Below, piece after piece: positions 29,242-32,093 of a stretch of 32,093 nt of DNA; positions within the stretch are counted from its first letter, which is position 1; the number at the start of each line of letters is the position of its first letter. The DNA comes from Candidatus Desantisbacteria bacterium. Lineage in GTDB: Bacteria; UBA9089; CG2-30-40-21. Made by a program: the position numbers and the translations under genes. The stretch covers positions 1-32,093 of the forward strand of contig JAZDHC010000143.1 of the NCBI GenBank assembly GCA_043806395.1, read 5' to 3'. The notes below the pieces were generated by a model. That model was given only the letters and a program-made list of their open reading frames with translations, made no database searches and had not been told where the DNA came from.

Positions 29242-30573
29242 TTACAGAATAGACAGATACTTATCCAATTCATACTCTGTAACCTGTATCCGATATTCTT
29301 CCCATTCCTGCTCTTTTATGGCGATAAACCTTGGAAAGATGTGTTCTCCCAATGCCTTGCGGAGTAATTCACTCTGTTTGCCGATATTTATTGCCTCACC
29401 CAAACTACCAGGCAGCATCTCAATCCCGGCAGCTTTTCTTTCCTCAGCTGTAAGGTGATAAAGGTTTTTGTCCATAGGTTGCTGCAATTCATACCCTTTC
29501 TCAATCCCATCAAGTCCAGAGTGGAGAAGGACGGCAAAGGTAAGGTATGGGTTACATGCTGGATCTGGACAACGCAGTTCTGCACGGGTGGATTGTTCCT
29601 TCCCAGGATGATACAGAGGGATTCTCACCAATGCTGACCTGTTGCGTTGTGACCAGGCAATATAAACCGGTGCCTCATAACCAGGAACAAGCCTCTTGTA
29701 AGAGTTTGTCCACTGGGCAAAGATACAAGACATTTCCTGAGAGTGCGTTAATTGACCAGCAATAAATTGTTTGGCTGTATCACTCAGGTGATGCTCATCA
29801 TTTGCATCAAAGAAGGCATTATCAGTTCCCTTAAACAAGGATTGATGGACATGCATACCACTACCGTTTTGTCCAAAGATTGGTTTGGGCATAAATGTAG
29901 CATAAACCCCATACTTCTGTGCTATTTCCTTGACAACTAAGCGATAGGTCATGACATTATCTGCCATTGCTAAGGCATCTGCATATCTCATATCAATCTC
30001 ATGCTGACTTGGTGCCACCTCATGATGGCTATATTCCACCCGAATACCCATTGCCTCCAAGGTCAAAATGGTATCCCGCCTGATGTCAGAACCAGCATCC
30101 AATTGATTCAAATCAAAATACCCACTTTTATCTAAGACATCAGTGCCATCTGAGGATTGAAAATAAAAGTATTCAAGCTCCGGCCCAACGAAGAAATGGT
30201 CAAATCCCATAGCAGTTGCCCGTTTTATGGCTTTCTTCAAGATATAACGGGGGTCACCCTCATAAGGCTGCCCGTATGGGGTCATAATATCGCAGAACAT
30301 TCTGGCTACTGCCGTCTCTTTTGGTCTCCATGGAAGTATCTGGAAGGTTGACGGATCTGGTTTAGCAATCATATCACTTTCTTCAATATCCTGATACCCT
30401 GTTACCGAAGAACCATCAAATCCCATGCCATTTTCCATTGCATTTTCGAGTTCTGCACTGGTAATAGCAAAATTCTTCAGCTGTCCAAGTACATCCGTAA
30501 ACCATAAACGGATAAACTTGACATTGTTGTCTTTAACTAACCTGAACACATCCTCTTTTGTCTTTGCACACAT
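29242..30573 (-). CDS. glnA: Glutamine synthetase type I (443 aa, GSI-alpha size)
   Basis: FDGSS, GPELEY, HHEVAPSQHEI, TFMPKP..NGSGMHVHQS, NSYKRLVPGYEAP, NRSALVRIP, ELRCPD; AGGAGG RBS. Confidence 0.96.
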   Translation of the reverse strand: MCAKTKEDVFRLVKDNNVKFIRLWFTDVLGQLKNFAITSAELENAMENGMGFDGSSVTGYQDIEESDMIAKPDPSTFQILPWRPKETAVARMFCDIMTPYGQPYEGDPRYILKKAIKRATAMGFDHFFVGPELEYFYFQSSDGTDVLDKSGYFDLNQLDAGSDIRRDTILTLEAMGIRVEYSHHEVAPSQHEIDMRYADALAMADNVMTYRLVVKEIAQKYGVYATFMPKPIFGQNGSGMHVHQSLFKGTDNAFFDANDEHHLSDTAKQFIAGQLTHSQEMSCIFAQWTNSYKRLVPGYEAPVYIAWSQRNRSALVRIPLYHPGKEQSTRAELRCPDPACNPYLTFAVLLHSGLDGIEKGYELQQPMDKNLYHLTAEERKAAGIEMLPGSLGEAINIGKQSELLRKALGEHIFPRFIAIKEQEWEEYRIQVTEYELDKYLSIL

Positions 30574-30655
30574 ATTGTGTACCTCCTTTTATTTTCTAAG
30601 ATAAGACCTATACCATATAAAGTAAAAAAACATTGCCTTTGGTAACCCTCTGCTC

Positions 30656-30716
30656 AAAAAAAATTGGCATGGTTCAAAATTCTACCCCCGCCAGTGGGAT
30701 ATATGAACCATGCCAA
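30656..30716 (-). terminator. Inverted repeat with U-tract between the TPR gene and glnA
   Basis: 13-bp arms TTGGCATGGTTCA / TGAACCATGCCAA around a 27-nt loop, followed by T8 on the minus strand. Confidence 0.55.
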
Positions 30717-30739
30717 AAATTTGCACCATGCTTTTTCTC

Positions 30740-31909
30740 TTATCTCTCTATCAATATCTGTCTCTTTGAACACCTATGCTGTGGTTTTGTGGCTGATATA
30801 AAATTATTTGACGGCTCATTGCACAGATTTTCAAAGAGTTCCATATCACAGAGAGGTATTTTCCCCTCATCTTCGCCAGAGTACTCTTTAACCTTAGAAA
30901 TATCATATTTTTTATCCCACAACAAGTTACCTGTCTTTGCCTCAAAAAAGCAGAACCTTATCTTTAATGCCACCTTGCGGGTAATACTTGGGATATCATA
31001 GTAAATATATCGCCTTTCCTCTTCTGAATAACGGCTTTTACTTGTTAGCAGTTTTGTTCGATCATCCTTAAATTCTATTATCTCAAGGACAAATACCCCC
31101 TGAATATCAGAATCATTACACAGGTCTATTATTGCCTCATTTGCCAGATGGGCTCCCTCATTTATTGCCTGTAATGTCTCTTCATCAATATAAAATGAAC
31201 TTTCCTCTTGTATCTTTTCCTTAAATGCCTCAACAATCATCGATGCTATTTCCTCTGTCTTTTCATCTGGAAATGCAGATTGTGGAGTCATCTTCCATTG
31301 GTGGCTGGGGGCGGGGGTGGTTATTGAATTTCCCTTTGTATCTTGCAAAGGCATGGATTTTTCATCTGGCAACAAGACAAATATCCCCACACGGTTTATG
31401 CCATCTACGGTCAATACCGGGATAAGTTTTTTCTTTATCTCCACCCTTTTGGACAATATCTTTTTTGAGGCAGAAAATGTTCCTGCTACAGGCATAATTT
31501 GCGTTTGCCCTGTTTCCTCCATGAAAGCCTTAAGATTTTGATAGCAAATATTTTCAGTAGAACCACCCATGCCCTGTCGTGAGTTTTTACTTTGTGCCTT
31601 TGTGCCTTTGTGCCTCTCTGTTCCTGCATTTTCAATAGAAATACCTACCGCTTTTTCATAAAGCCGTTTTGCATTATCATTGTCTCCAAAATACTCATAA
31701 ACCACACCAAGATTATTACAGACAAACATGTTATCAGGGTTATTCTTCATGGCTTTTTCAAGATGAAATTTAGCATCATGCCAGAGATCCATGGTTATAC
31801 ATTTAGTTCCATATTGACTATTTGCTGCAACCATAGAATGTATGCCTGTACAGCCAATTGTAATGTTTATAAGCACTGTTAGTAGAATGATGCTCTGTAT
31901 TCGTGTCAT
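30740..31909 (-). CDS. Putative lipoprotein with TPR motif(s) and an uncharacterised C-terminal domain
   Basis: Signal peptide ending ITIGC; TPR-like LEKAMKNNPDN..NNLGVVYEYFGD..A..LYEKA. Confidence 0.75.
   Translation of the reverse strand: MTRIQSIILLTVLINITIGCTGIHSMVAANSQYGTKCITMDLWHDAKFHLEKAMKNNPDNMFVCNNLGVVYEYFGDNDNAKRLYEKAVGISIENAGTERHKGTKAQSKNSRQGMGGSTENICYQNLKAFMEETGQTQIMPVAGTFSASKKILSKRVEIKKKLIPVLTVDGINRVGIFVLLPDEKSMPLQDTKGNSITTPAPSHQWKMTPQSAFPDEKTEEIASMIVEAFKEKIQEESSFYIDEETLQAINEGAHLANEAIIDLCNDSDIQGVFVLEIIEFKDDRTKLLTSKSRYSEEERRYIYYDIPSITRKVALKIRFCFFEAKTGNLLWDKKYDISKVKEYSGEDEGKIPLCDMELFENLCNEPSNNFISATKPQHRCSKRQILIER
31590..31621. repeat. In-frame 8-mer tandem repeat (CTTTGTGC)x3 plus a degenerate unit
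   Basis: Same unit as the intergenic element at 32017-32093; encodes TERHKGTKAQS. Confidence 0.75.
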
Positions 31910-32016
31910 TTTCTATGTCCTTATCCTACCCTTTTTCCTGTTTTACCATTTCCCGTAATTGCTCAATAAAGTGTGGAACTCGCAATGCCACTACTAAATG
32001 TGTAAGATAGAGATTT

Positions 32017-32093
32017 GCCACTAAGACACCAAGACACTAAGAAAACACTAAGAATATCTTCCTTTGTGTATTCCTTCGTGCCTTTGTGCCTTT
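32017..32093. repeat. Palindromic element with 8-nt tandem-repeat arms (right end cut by window edge)
   Basis: GCCACTAAGACACCAAGACACTAAG ... CTTCGTGCCTTTGTGCCTTT. Confidence 0.75.

Noticed and set aside
30664-30716. Sigma54 promoter for glnA
   Set aside because: TGGCA is present on both strands but has no TTGC at the -12 spacing.

Overview
AT-rich bacterial DNA (roughly 40% GC by eye), probably from an anaerobe. The left end has a MITE, bioB and a FabG-like SDR on the + strand. Most of the window (25304 down to 1882, - strand) is one ~23.5-kb complex I (nuo) operon behind a perfect TTGACA-N17-TATAAT promoter. Its order is nuoA-B-C-[coiled-coil]-D-[aspartic protease]-E1-[acidic Cys-rich protein]-[DRTGG and PHP remnants]-[HydD-like ferredoxin]-F1-G-I-[42-unit repeat array]-H-[coiled-coil]-J-E2-F2-[44-aa membrane peptide]-[NfnA/GltD-like flavoprotein]-K-[coiled-coil]-L-M-N. 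The operon therefore encodes two different HydABC/Bfu-like flavin input modules, and one NuoF has Ser at the Glu that normally excludes NADPH. The right end has a WD40 protein, a truncated amtB, an intact Rh50-type ammonia channel, glnA and a TPR lipoprotein. Intergenic gaps and two coding regions are colonised by MITEs, GTAG-type REP doublets and palindromes built from 7-, 8- and 9-nt tandem units. All family assignments come from motif recognition by eye; no searches were run.
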